A stretch of DNA of 64,000 nucleotides from Candidatus Woesearchaeota archaeon CG10_big_fil_rev_8_21_14_0_10_37_12. GTDB taxonomy: Archaea; Nanobdellota; Nanobdellia; Woesearchaeales; ARS49. Where the stretch lies: the NCBI GenBank assembly GCA_002762795.1, contig PCYA01000014.1, forward strand, positions 5,632 through 69,631, read 5' to 3'. Below, piece by piece: positions 41,134 through 50,284 of the stretch. Both the position numbers and the translations under genes were made by a program. The first letter of the stretch is position 1. Each line of letters starts with the position of its first letter. The notes below the pieces were generated by a model. That model was not told where the DNA came from. It worked only from the letters and a program-made list of their open reading frames with translations, and searched no databases.

Positions 41134-42447
41134 TTAAGAGCGAGAGTGATAAATTCTTGCTGGACCAGTTCTTCCGTGTAATCCCATTGCTTCTTTGTAG
41201 GGTCTTTTTGCTAATTCGCGTTCGAGATCCTTTACTAGTTGACGGTAAGGAACTGTAGAAGGGTCAAAATCAAGTTCTTTATCATTACGCAAAGCATCCA
41301 AAATACTGCCTCCTCTGTTTGCAAAACGAATCAAGCCTCCGTTTGTTGCATAAGATTCGCAAAGTTTTTCTATTGCAGCTCCAGTTACTTGAGGAAATCG
41401 CTTTGCAAGTAATGTTGCGTGAATTGGTCCTAAGCCATCACCAATTTTGTATCTTGTTAAGAAACATTGCCACATGTCTGCTCGCTCTCTTTGTGTTGGA
41501 AGATCGATTTTTATTGGATTTAATCTGCCTTCACGAACAACGGCTGAATCAAAAGTTGTTGGGTCTAAATTTGTTGTAACTGCAACAACAAGCTCAGGAA
41601 CATTTCCTACATATGATTTAAGAACCCCTAATCCCTCTTCATAATAATGGGATGTGATGTCTCCACCAGAGCTCATAACTAAACTTGAACTTTCATCTGC
41701 ATAAACAAGAACAGGTCTTCCGTTTGCAGTATCAAGTGCTATTTGTAATTGTTGGTCAAGTTTTTTGCCAAAAGATGAAACCCATATATCAAATGTTCCG
41801 CTAAAAGTAAGTTCATGAGTGTGGCATCCTGCTCTTTCGTATAATTCAACAAGTGAACGCAATAATTCTGTTTTCCCTGTTCCTGGGGGTCCGTAAAGAA
41901 TAACTCCTGGATGAATTGGCATTTCTCCTGCAATCACTTGAGGGATGCTTGTATGAATCAATACTTCATTTAGAACAGTTTTTGGAAGAAACATATCGTC
42001 TAATGCCCCTAAAATATATTTCGGGGGCAAACTGATTGCTCCTGTTCCTGCAAGAAACACTCCCTCATGAGCAAGTGCATCTTCAAGTGTTGCAATTTGC
42101 GTTAATGTTTTTCTGCCCCGATCTGCACGCCAATGAAGTGGTATGCAGTGACCTTTCAAGCTAGAATTATGTTGAACGCGCCAATCAATATCTCTTACTT
42201 TGTTTATCTCAACAACAAATGCTGTTGGATGATTTTTCGTCCTCTTGACGGGAACAAAATATCGCCTCGATTTGTCAGAGCTTGCCTGACCATCCGGATC
42301 CAGCCATGCTTGAGCTCTTGTGCCAAAAGAAAGCGAATCTGGTCTAACATATGCTGAAGAATGTTCAGCAAGCTTTGCGATTTTAATTACCCCCATTAAA
42401 CACTTAAAAAGCATCTTATTTTTATTTGTTTCCTTACTCCAGTACAC
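41134..42447 (-). CDS. AAA+ ATPase, single module with an unknown N-terminal domain
   Basis: Walker A 'GPPGTGKT', Walker B 'VYADE', 'TTN', SRH-like 'AVVREGRL'. Confidence 0.8.
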   Translation of the reverse strand: MYWSKETNKNKMLFKCLMGVIKIAKLAEHSSAYVRPDSLSFGTRAQAWLDPDGQASSDKSRRYFVPVKRTKNHPTAFVVEINKVRDIDWRVQHNSSLKGHCIPLHWRADRGRKTLTQIATLEDALAHEGVFLAGTGAISLPPKYILGALDDMFLPKTVLNEVLIHTSIPQVIAGEMPIHPGVILYGPPGTGKTELLRSLVELYERAGCHTHELTFSGTFDIWVSSFGKKLDQQLQIALDTANGRPVLVYADESSSLVMSSGGDITSHYYEEGLGVLKSYVGNVPELVVAVTTNLDPTTFDSAVVREGRLNPIKIDLPTQRERADMWQCFLTRYKIGDGLGPIHATLLAKRFPQVTGAAIEKLCESYATNGGLIRFANRGGSILDALRNDKELDFDPSTVPYRQLVKDLERELAKRPYKEAMGLHGRTGPARIYHSRS

Positions 42448-42533
42448 ATTTCTGTAAAAATAGTTAATAATAGACCTTTTTAACGTATGATTTTAATCAA
42501 AAACATTTTAAGTTCGTATCATACAATAACTTT

Positions 42534-43247
42534 ATGCCAACAAGATTAACAAAAGATGTTTTTGCAGTTGATGTGTGCACATACTTGCCAGAGCATAAAG
42601 CGGTAATTATTGCCGATATTCATCTTGGTTTTGAAGAGCGATTAAAACGCCAAGGTGTTCTTGTGCCGCGAGTGCAATTCAAAAATATAATCAAACGATT
42701 AGAGTGGATTCTTAAGCAAGTCGATGTGAAGCGAGTGATATTAAATGGTGATATTAAAGAAGAGTTTGGCGGCATTTCTGATCAGGAATGGAGAGAAGTA
42801 AAACGATTGATTGAGTTTTTCAGAAAAAAGAAAATCAAAATCATTGCAGTAAAAGGCAACCACGATACCATACTCGGCCCACTTGCAAGAAAGTTTGACA
42901 TAAATGAAGTGAAAGAAGTACGCTTCAAAGACTTGCTTATCGCACATGGTGATGAAGTTCCTAAAAAATTAGAAAAAACAATCATCATTGGACATGAACA
43001 TCCAGCTATTCGATTGAAAGACAAACAAAAAGTTGAAAAATTCAAATGTTTTATTAAAGGCAAATACAAAAAAAGCACGCTAATTGTTCAGCCAAGCATG
43101 AAAACACTGCAAGAAGGAACAGATGTTCTGGAAGGCAAATTTTTAAGCCCCTTATTGTCCAATGTTTCTGACTTTGAAGTATTCATTGTTGATGATGAAA
43201 CGCATGATGTTTTGGCGTTTGGGAACGTGAAAGATTTAAAATGGTAA
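42534..43247 (+). CDS. Calcineurin-like metallophosphoesterase
   Basis: 'ADIHLG', 'NGD', 'GNHD', 'HG', 'GHEHP'. Confidence 0.9.
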   Translation: MPTRLTKDVFAVDVCTYLPEHKAVIIADIHLGFEERLKRQGVLVPRVQFKNIIKRLEWILKQVDVKRVILNGDIKEEFGGISDQEWREVKRLIEFFRKKKIKIIAVKGNHDTILGPLARKFDINEVKEVRFKDLLIAHGDEVPKKLEKTIIIGHEHPAIRLKDKQKVEKFKCFIKGKYKKSTLIVQPSMKTLQEGTDVLEGKFLSPLLSNVSDFEVFIVDDETHDVLAFGNVKDLKW

Positions 43248-43279
43248 AACTTAAATACTAACAATACTTTATTACTTTT

Positions 43280-43525
43280 GTGACAGAAGTTAAAACGATC
43301 AAGGATGTGGACGAGCAAGCATGGGCTGAGTTCAAGAGCTTGGCTGCAAAGAATAATGTTAAAATGGGTGTTTTTTTTAAGACTATGCTTAACGAGTACA
43401 AAAAGAGCACAAACACTTTTTGGGAACGAATCCTAAATGGGGAGAAAATACTCTCAGACAAAGAAGCAGATGAAATGGAAAAGGTTGTTGTTGCTGTAAG
43501 AAAAGAACATGGGTTCAGAGTATGA
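43280..43525 (+). CDS. Antitoxin (VapB-like)
   Basis: 81 aa, overlaps the downstream PIN gene. Confidence 0.7.
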   Translation: MTEVKTIKDVDEQAWAEFKSLAAKNNVKMGVFFKTMLNEYKKSTNTFWERILNGEKILSDKEADEMEKVVVAVRKEHGFRV

Positions 43526-43917
43526 CATTAGTTTTAGATACGTCAATACTCATTGACATAGAACGGAGAAAACAAAGTACAATAAATATACTCAAAGAAT
43601 TATCACAAAGTCATAGCGATCCTGCAAAGATCACGTTTATCAATCAGTTTGAGTTCTTATTGGGACTTAAAGAGAAATCTCCAAAAAACAAAAACACTGC
43701 AAAAATATTTCTTAATGAGTTTTTATCATTGCAAACTACTCAGTTTACTGCTGAAGTGATAGCAGAATTAAAACAAAAATATGATTCTATTGGAATAACA
43801 ATTCCACTTGCAGATTTATTAATTGCAACAATCACATTAGAGAATAATTGTACGCTTGTTACAAAAGATAAAGATTTTGAAAAGATAAAAGAGTTAAGAA
43901 AAATAATTATTAGTTAA
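43522..43917 (+). CDS. vapC: VapC PIN-domain toxin
   Basis: 'LVLDTSILID', 'DLLIA', 'LVTKDKDF'. Confidence 0.9.
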   Translation: MTLVLDTSILIDIERRKQSTINILKELSQSHSDPAKITFINQFEFLLGLKEKSPKNKNTAKIFLNEFLSLQTTQFTAEVIAELKQKYDSIGITIPLADLLIATITLENNCTLVTKDKDFEKIKELRKIIIS

Positions 43918-45007
43918 ATCTCTTCCCAACCTTGCTCTCCATATTGAATAAGCAATGTTTTTCTGTTTGAGGTGCGATCTTCTCCAAATGTTATGGGCTC
44001 GGCAAGTCCTTCATACGATTCTGTTTGCAATATATTTGCTACACATTCGGAATTTGTTCCGTTGCATTTTTTGAACGCATGTGCTAAAAACATTATTCCA
44101 TCGTATGCGAAAAGTGCATCAGGAATTAATTCTTCTCCATAAACTTCATTATATCTTTTAGCAAACTGTTCCATTTGAGGATTACTTTTTCCTTCAACAA
44201 AACCGTACCATGTTGAAATGGCTTTGTTTTTACTGAATTGTTCATTTGCAGAGTTTGCTGATGGGAGGAACGGTGCAACTGCGTGGTATGTTGGAGTGTC
44301 GATTAGTCCTAATTCTTCGAATTGTGGCATGACTTTGTCTTCAGATCTCCATACGCAAAACACGAAAGCATCCGATTTTGTTTTTTTTGCTTTGAGCAAG
44401 TATGTTCTAAAATCCTGTTCGCTTGGATCAACTGTCTGGTCAGAGATAAACTTTAATTTTTTATTGCTTAAGAATGAGTCATGAAATTGCTCGCATGCTT
44501 CGCTTGTTTCTCCAAGATATGCAAGTGTTTTATGATTTTGCAGAGTAACGTGTTCTGCTAATACTTTTCCTTGATCAACAATGTCAAAATAATCTCTGAA
44601 AACAAAAGAGTTTTCCTTTGACATTGTTGAAACAGTTGACTGGTAAATTAAAATTTTGCCTGCTTCCTGTGCAATTGGGGAAATTGGTTGTGCAATGTGA
44701 GTGAATGCACTGAAAACCACATCAACATTGTCCACTTCAAGCAATTTGTGCATTGCTGTTGTTGCCGCAACAGAGTCTCCTTGGTTGTCTTCTGCAAGAA
44801 TAACAAGATTTCTCCCATTAATTCCTTCGTTTTCATTAACATCCTGAATCGCCAGTTCTAATCCTTGTTTCTCTGCTGTTCCATAGAATGCCAGATTGCC
44901 CGTTAATGCAAGGTTTGCTCCTATTTTGATATTTTCTTGCAGAGTGGCTTGATTTTGCATGCTGCAAGCATGAGAAAGCAAAATAGTGCTATTGTTGTCT
45001 GTTTCAT
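43914..45007 (-). pseudogene. Branched-chain amino-acid-type solute-binding lipoprotein with its signal peptide out of frame
   Basis: ATG at 45007 gives MKQTTIALFCFLMLAAC and then a stop; the mature domain 'IKIG..LALTG...NEGINGR' lies in another frame. Confidence 0.75.
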
Positions 45008-45071
45008 TACTCGTCACTCTCCATTGTTATCACTAAGTGCAGAAAAGTGAGAAAACTATATTAATTATGTG

Positions 45072-45087
45072 TGTCTATAAATAGACA
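45072..45087. promoter_or_regulatory. Palindrome TGTCTAT-AA-ATAGACA upstream of the second TrmB gene
   Basis: Perfect 7-bp inverted repeat next to a TTTATAA box. Confidence 0.45.
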
Positions 45088-45119
45088 AATTTATAAGGGC
45101 GGGTTTCTGAACGACTTGT

Positions 45120-45824
45120 ATGAATGCTAAAGAGCTTACCAAACTTGGACTTACGGATGCTGAAGCGCGCATATATCATACAATCTTAAAATTAAATGTG
45201 TGTACGGTGAAAGATATTGCAAAGGAGTGCGGGTTTCACCGTACAAACATATACGATGTTATTGAGCAACTAAAAGAAAAGGGGCTTGTTACGTTTGTAA
45301 AAGAAGGCAAAGTTATGAAATATCAGCCAGCAGATCCGCATAACTTTTATGAGCTGCTAAAAGAGAAAGAAGATTTTCTTGACTCGATTTTTCCTGAATT
45401 GGAGAAATTGCATAAGCAAAAAACATCGCCTGTTGTTGTGGAAGTATACAAGGGCGAGGAAGGAATGAAGTCTGCGTACAGGGATATTGTGCGGGAAAAG
45501 AGCAAAGTATACGGGTTTGGCATTCGTGGCCAATTGAGAGGTTACCTGCCCATGTTTGCAGAACAGTGGTTGCGTGATATGAAAAAACATAAAATTCCAC
45601 TATGCGGGATTTACACGCAGCGCAAAGATCCACCTCCGTATATTACAGAAATAAGGTATGTTTCAAAAGAACTCGGGAGTCCTGCATGCACATTAATATA
45701 CGCTGATAAAATAAACATTAACATCTGGGAGCCGTCAATGGTCGCAATTATCATCAAGTCAAAACTTGTTGCGGACATGTACAAAAAACATTTTGACTTG
45801 CTTTGGAAGATCGCAAAGAAGTAA
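45120..45824 (+). CDS. TrmB-family regulator
   Basis: 'LGLTDAEARIY...HRTNIYDVIEQLKEKGLV', 'YKGEEG'. Confidence 0.85.
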   Translation: MNAKELTKLGLTDAEARIYHTILKLNVCTVKDIAKECGFHRTNIYDVIEQLKEKGLVTFVKEGKVMKYQPADPHNFYELLKEKEDFLDSIFPELEKLHKQKTSPVVVEVYKGEEGMKSAYRDIVREKSKVYGFGIRGQLRGYLPMFAEQWLRDMKKHKIPLCGIYTQRKDPPPYITEIRYVSKELGSPACTLIYADKININIWEPSMVAIIIKSKLVADMYKKHFDLLWKIAKK

Positions 45825-45834
45825 AGCAAAAAAA

Positions 45835-46980
45835 TTAAGATAAGCTACTTCGCTCAACAGTGATTTGTTCTCCACTAATAATTTCTTTAACTAAGAATGG
45901 TTTTGTAACCCCTCCTTTACCATCGAATGTTAACGTCCCTGAAACGCCATCATATGTTTTCAGACCAGTAAGGTATTCTTGCAATACTGTTGGATTTTCA
46001 CTTTCTGTTTCTTTCATTGCTTGCGCAAGCAACATCACCGCATCGTACGCTGTGTCTGCTCCGTAATCAATTGGCACACCAAATCTTTTATTGTATTTCT
46101 CTACAAACACGTCATTTGGTGTTGATGATGTAAGCATTATCATCCCGTCATATGTTTTTCCTGCTTGTTGTATCATATTGTCTCCTACAACCACTGAGTA
46201 AAAGGGCAACGTGCTTCCCAAGTCTCGTATTGCTTTTCCAGCTAAAAGTCCAACATTCATTGCTCCGCTAATAAGCACAACAGAGTCTATTTCTTGTTTT
46301 TCTTTTATTTTAAGTGCTTCTGTTCGGAGATCTATCTGATCCATGGCTGGTTCTTGAACAAATGTTTTCCCGCCTAATTGCTCAAATTTTTTTGTGAATG
46401 CCTGCGTTAAATCCTGCGACCATGGTTCTGCTGCACCTATTATTGCAACATTTCGCTGTCCTTCTTCATAGATCATTTTTGCAAGTTCATCTGCCAATAA
46501 ATAATCATGAGGCCACAGATTAAAAATATAGTTACTGCCTTCATTAAATTCTTTTCTTCCAACAGATGGGCTGATCATCAGAACTTTTTTTTGGTCTGCG
46601 AGTTCTGTCAATGGCAGTGCTGTTGGAGTCCACGTTGGACCGATTAAGATGTCAATTCCTTGAATGTCTGTTAATGTGTTGAACGCAGTAATTGCTGTTT
46701 TTGGGTCAAGTTTGTCATCTTGATGGTTTACTGCAATTAATTTACTATTGATTCCTCCTGCAGCATTAATTTCTTCTACTGCAAGGTCAATGCCGTTTCG
46801 TTCAGCAATGCCCCACGAGTTTCCGTCTCCTGTCAGGATAAGAATACTTCCAAGTTTTATCGTGTCCTGCTGCGCTGAACAGCCAATGAGCAAGGATAGC
46901 AGCAAAAATGTAAATATGACTTTTGTTTTTATGTATTTTGATTTCATGTGTACCACCAGTAAGTTAGAAAACCTCATCAT
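45835..46980 (-). CDS. Branched-chain amino-acid-type solute-binding lipoprotein
   Basis: Lipobox 'LIGC', 'GIDLAVEEINAAGGI', 'YDAVMLLAQA', 'GVSGTLTFD'. Confidence 0.88.
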   Translation of the reverse strand: MMRFSNLLVVHMKSKYIKTKVIFTFLLLSLLIGCSAQQDTIKLGSILILTGDGNSWGIAERNGIDLAVEEINAAGGINSKLIAVNHQDDKLDPKTAITAFNTLTDIQGIDILIGPTWTPTALPLTELADQKKVLMISPSVGRKEFNEGSNYIFNLWPHDYLLADELAKMIYEEGQRNVAIIGAAEPWSQDLTQAFTKKFEQLGGKTFVQEPAMDQIDLRTEALKIKEKQEIDSVVLISGAMNVGLLAGKAIRDLGSTLPFYSVVVGDNMIQQAGKTYDGMIMLTSSTPNDVFVEKYNKRFGVPIDYGADTAYDAVMLLAQAMKETESENPTVLQEYLTGLKTYDGVSGTLTFDGKGGVTKPFLVKEIISGEQITVERSSLS

Positions 46981-47051
46981 ATTTAGAATTTCTTACAAGA
47001 AAATCAATAAAATCACAATATTCTTATAGTTTTTATGTTATTAATAGAAAG

Positions 47052-48008
47052 ATGAAGCTTGACAGCAAAGACCGGAAGATTTTGTTTGAGTTAAGTTGCA
47101 ATGCGCGACAGCACAACACCACACTGGGAAAAAAACTTGGACTTAAGCCAGACGTGCTGCAATACAGAATTGATCGACTTGTAAAAGAAAGAGTTATTAC
47201 GAGTTTTTCTGCGTACCTTAATTTTCATAAGCTTGGGTACATAGATTTCGGGTTATACATAAGTTCTAAGTTGGACAAAAAGAAAGAAGTCGAGTTCATG
47301 AAAAAAACAGAACAGCACAAAAACGTTTCGTATTTCTCAAAAGTTGGAGGAACACATAAGTTTATAATAGGAATGTTAGCAAAAGACCCAATTCAGTTGA
47401 GCGAATTGCTTAAAGAGATCACTGCTGATTTTGAAGATTTTATTGAGGACGTTAATATTTTAACAAGATTAGAACTGCTACAATTTCCAAGAAAATATTT
47501 TGTAAAAGAACAAAATGTGAAAAAAAATCCGCAGTTTGGGGGCAGAATTGGACAATTAAAAATTGATGAGTTGGATAAAAAGATTGTCAAGTTATTGTCA
47601 AACAATGCACGATTAAAGATAACAGAAATCGCAAAAAAAGTCAAACAACCACACTCTACTGTTTTGTTGAGAATAAAAAATCTTGAAAAAAAAGAAATCA
47701 TTACAGGTTATGTTGCATGGACTGCACCTGAAAAATACAATTATCAATCATACCTGTTGTTAATGAAAACAAAAAATATGAACAAAAGTAAAGAACGAAA
47801 GCTAATAACTTTTTGTCAATCTCATGCACAAGTTTGTTGGATGATTAAAACCCTTGGCTCTTGGGATTTCGAGATTGGTGTTGATGTTGAAAACCAAGAG
47901 CAGTTGCAAAATGTTATTGCAGAACTAAAAGACGCATGTCCTGAAATAATGAGAATTGATTTTTTGACTATTTTCAAAGTTTTGAAATATACGCTGTATC
48001 CTTTCTGA
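47052..48008 (+). CDS. Tandem double-domain Lrp/AsnC regulator
   Basis: Two Lrp-type HTH units. Confidence 0.85.
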   Translation: MKLDSKDRKILFELSCNARQHNTTLGKKLGLKPDVLQYRIDRLVKERVITSFSAYLNFHKLGYIDFGLYISSKLDKKKEVEFMKKTEQHKNVSYFSKVGGTHKFIIGMLAKDPIQLSELLKEITADFEDFIEDVNILTRLELLQFPRKYFVKEQNVKKNPQFGGRIGQLKIDELDKKIVKLLSNNARLKITEIAKKVKQPHSTVLLRIKNLEKKEIITGYVAWTAPEKYNYQSYLLLMKTKNMNKSKERKLITFCQSHAQVCWMIKTLGSWDFEIGVDVENQEQLQNVIAELKDACPEIMRIDFLTIFKVLKYTLYPF

Positions 48009-48199
48009 ATTATTTTTTCTAAAGAACAAGAGCCCGTCAGTTTCCCGACGAGCCAATGTTGTAGTGAGTGAAGACTAGTAATTATCCAGCCATTCATACC
48101 TAGATATTTGCGAAGTTGAACAGCTTCTGCAAATATATGGATCATTGTGTGCGCTTTTGTGGATGGGTAACCCGCAGCCAATACAAAGGTTTTTCATTG

Positions 48200-48358
48200 T
48201 TAATAATCTCCTTCGTCCCAACTTTCTATCATTTCATCGTTGGCAAGTTCTGCTCCTTGCATAAAACCAAGCTCCCATGCTGATCCACCGTCAAGGGCAT
48301 CTTCCATTGCTTCTTCTTGGTCTTCCCAAAGATCATCCATTGAATCTAGTTCATCCAT
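48200..48358 (-). CDS. Small highly acidic protein (52 aa), absent from the ORF track
   Basis: MDELDSMDDLWEDQEEAMEDALDGGSAWELGFMQGAELANDEMIESWDEGDY; AGGAGGT RBS. Confidence 0.7.
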   Translation of the reverse strand: MDELDSMDDLWEDQEEAMEDALDGGSAWELGFMQGAELANDEMIESWDEGDY

Positions 48359-48534
48359 ATAGTATACACCTCCTGTGTTGAATTTATTAATCTGAGAATT
48401 CGATTTATATCTTCTGCTAATACTTTATAGAATTTATATAAAAAAATCAATATTATAAACAAAAACAAAGAAAATCATAAAATCAAAAATATTATATAGT
48501 TCATAGTATCTACATTTTTGGGGAAGAATCTACC

Positions 48535-49467
48535 ATGAAAAGAAAAGTCATCCAAATAGCAGACAGCACTCAGCTAATCTCATTACCAAGAAAATGGGCA
48601 TTAAAAAATAACGTTAAGAAAGGGGAAGAGCTCGATGTTATAGATAAAGCAAATACTTTAACTATTTCCTGTGATACAAAACAAAAAGCTGAAAGAGCAA
48701 TAATTCGTTTTAGTGATTATGGTGCATTGAGTGCAAGAGCTATTTTTGGACTATATAGGTTTGGTGTTGATGAAATGAAAATTTTAGTTGATTCTCCAGA
48801 TGAATTTCAAGAACTGCTCAATATTAGCCATGGAGATGCTGTTGGCTTTGAAATGGTTGAACAAGGAACTAATTATTGTTTGCTAAAAAACATTGCAGGG
48901 GATACACAAGGATTTGAAACAATGCTGCGACGAACTTTTTTGTTGCTTCAAAATATGGCTGATGAAGGAGTAAAAGCACTTAAAAAAGGAGATCAAAGCG
49001 CGCTCAAAAATTTAATAATGTTAGAAAAAAGCAATAATCGCTTTACAACTGTTTGCAGAAGGCATGTGAACAAGCATGAACATGATAAGTTCAAATCAGG
49101 CCCACTTTATGCAATCATAGAAGAATTGGAGAATATTGCTGACGAGTATAAATATTTGTTTGAGCAGTTAAAAAATGTGGAAAAAGGAAAATTAAACGTA
49201 ACAAAAGAACATATTGAGCTATACGACAAGCTTGCCCAAATGATTCGTTTATTCCATGAAGCTTTTTACAAAGAAGATCATAAAAAACTTGCAACTGCTG
49301 CAGAACTACGAAAAGAGATTGTTAATGCATGTTACAAGCGTGCAGAAAAAGACAAAGGACATATTTATTTTGCACTTAATCATCACGCATTAATATTAGC
49401 TCAAAGAGTGTTTAATATGGTTGGTCCTTATCTTGCAATGAAACCTGCGAAAGTAGAAGAAATATGA
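48535..49467 (+). CDS. AbrB-PhoU-type archaeal regulator
   Basis: 'KRKVIQI...LISLPRKW...KGEEL', 'LENIAD'. Confidence 0.85.
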   Translation: MKRKVIQIADSTQLISLPRKWALKNNVKKGEELDVIDKANTLTISCDTKQKAERAIIRFSDYGALSARAIFGLYRFGVDEMKILVDSPDEFQELLNISHGDAVGFEMVEQGTNYCLLKNIAGDTQGFETMLRRTFLLLQNMADEGVKALKKGDQSALKNLIMLEKSNNRFTTVCRRHVNKHEHDKFKSGPLYAIIEELENIADEYKYLFEQLKNVEKGKLNVTKEHIELYDKLAQMIRLFHEAFYKEDHKKLATAAELRKEIVNACYKRAEKDKGHIYFALNHHALILAQRVFNMVGPYLAMKPAKVEEI

Positions 49468-49598
49468 TTATTGCAAAGTTCGCAAGAACTTTGTAGAGGG
49501 GTTTAATACCCTGCCCTTTAGGGCGAACTTTGCAAGTAGAAAAACGCACGATAAAATACCCCGACCTTCAGGTCGGGGAATAGTGCGTTTTTCTTTAT
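49467..49598. mobile_element. Palindromic element type F, uninterrupted
   Basis: TTGCAAAGTTCGC...GCGAACTTTGCAA GT AGAAAAACGCAC...CCCCGACCTTCAGGTCGGGG...GTGCGTTTTTCT, with TTAT at both borders. Confidence 0.85.
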
Positions 49599-50284
49599 TT
49601 TTTTCCTAAAACAATTTCTTCAAGTTGATAAATGTCTTTCAAATTGTGGTGTCTATCTGGATTTTCGGGATTGTTCCATTCACTATTTACTGCAGCGGTA
49701 CACATGCCTAAATTTGCTGCAGGTTGTAAATCGCGGCGTACTGAATTGCCCACTGAAATAACTTCATGAGACTTGTATGGTTTTTGGTTAAGAAAATATT
49801 TGAAAGGTTGTTCATCAGGTTTCCAGGGCCCTCCATTAGATGATGTGTACCAAGGTAATTCAAACATATCTGCAACGTCAAGAGCAGTTAATAACAACTT
49901 AGCATTATCCTCACGATTAGATGTCAACAAATACAATAACATTCCGGCACTATTAAGCTCCTTGAACATATTGCGTAATCGCTTGTCAGGTTTTAACCTT
50001 TGTGCAACTTGAGGATAATTTGGAATGCGCCAGGCTTCTTCAGGATCTATGCCTAACGAAATAAGAGTTCTTATAGTGTCACCTACTTTTTCATATTCTG
50101 TTTTGTAAACTTTATATGCATCTTCAGGAGTTAGAGTTTTTTTTCGGCGTGAGTATTTAGAAATGAGAGTTTCCAATACTGCACTTTTTATTCGTATTGT
50201 TCTTCTTGTTTTTTGCGCAGGTGTAAGTTGATAAAGTGTTCCGTCTAAATCTATTATTCCTGCTTTAATTTTGGGTTTAGTCAC
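49595..50284 (-). CDS. HAD-family hydrolase
   Basis: 'IDLDGTLY', 'LTSN', 'KPD', 'VGNSVRRDL'. Confidence 0.8.
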   Translation of the reverse strand: MTKPKIKAGIIDLDGTLYQLTPAQKTRRTIRIKSAVLETLISKYSRRKKTLTPEDAYKVYKTEYEKVGDTIRTLISLGIDPEEAWRIPNYPQVAQRLKPDKRLRNMFKELNSAGMLLYLLTSNREDNAKLLLTALDVADMFELPWYTSSNGGPWKPDEQPFKYFLNQKPYKSHEVISVGNSVRRDLQPAANLGMCTAAVNSEWNNPENPDRHHNLKDIYQLEEIVLGKK

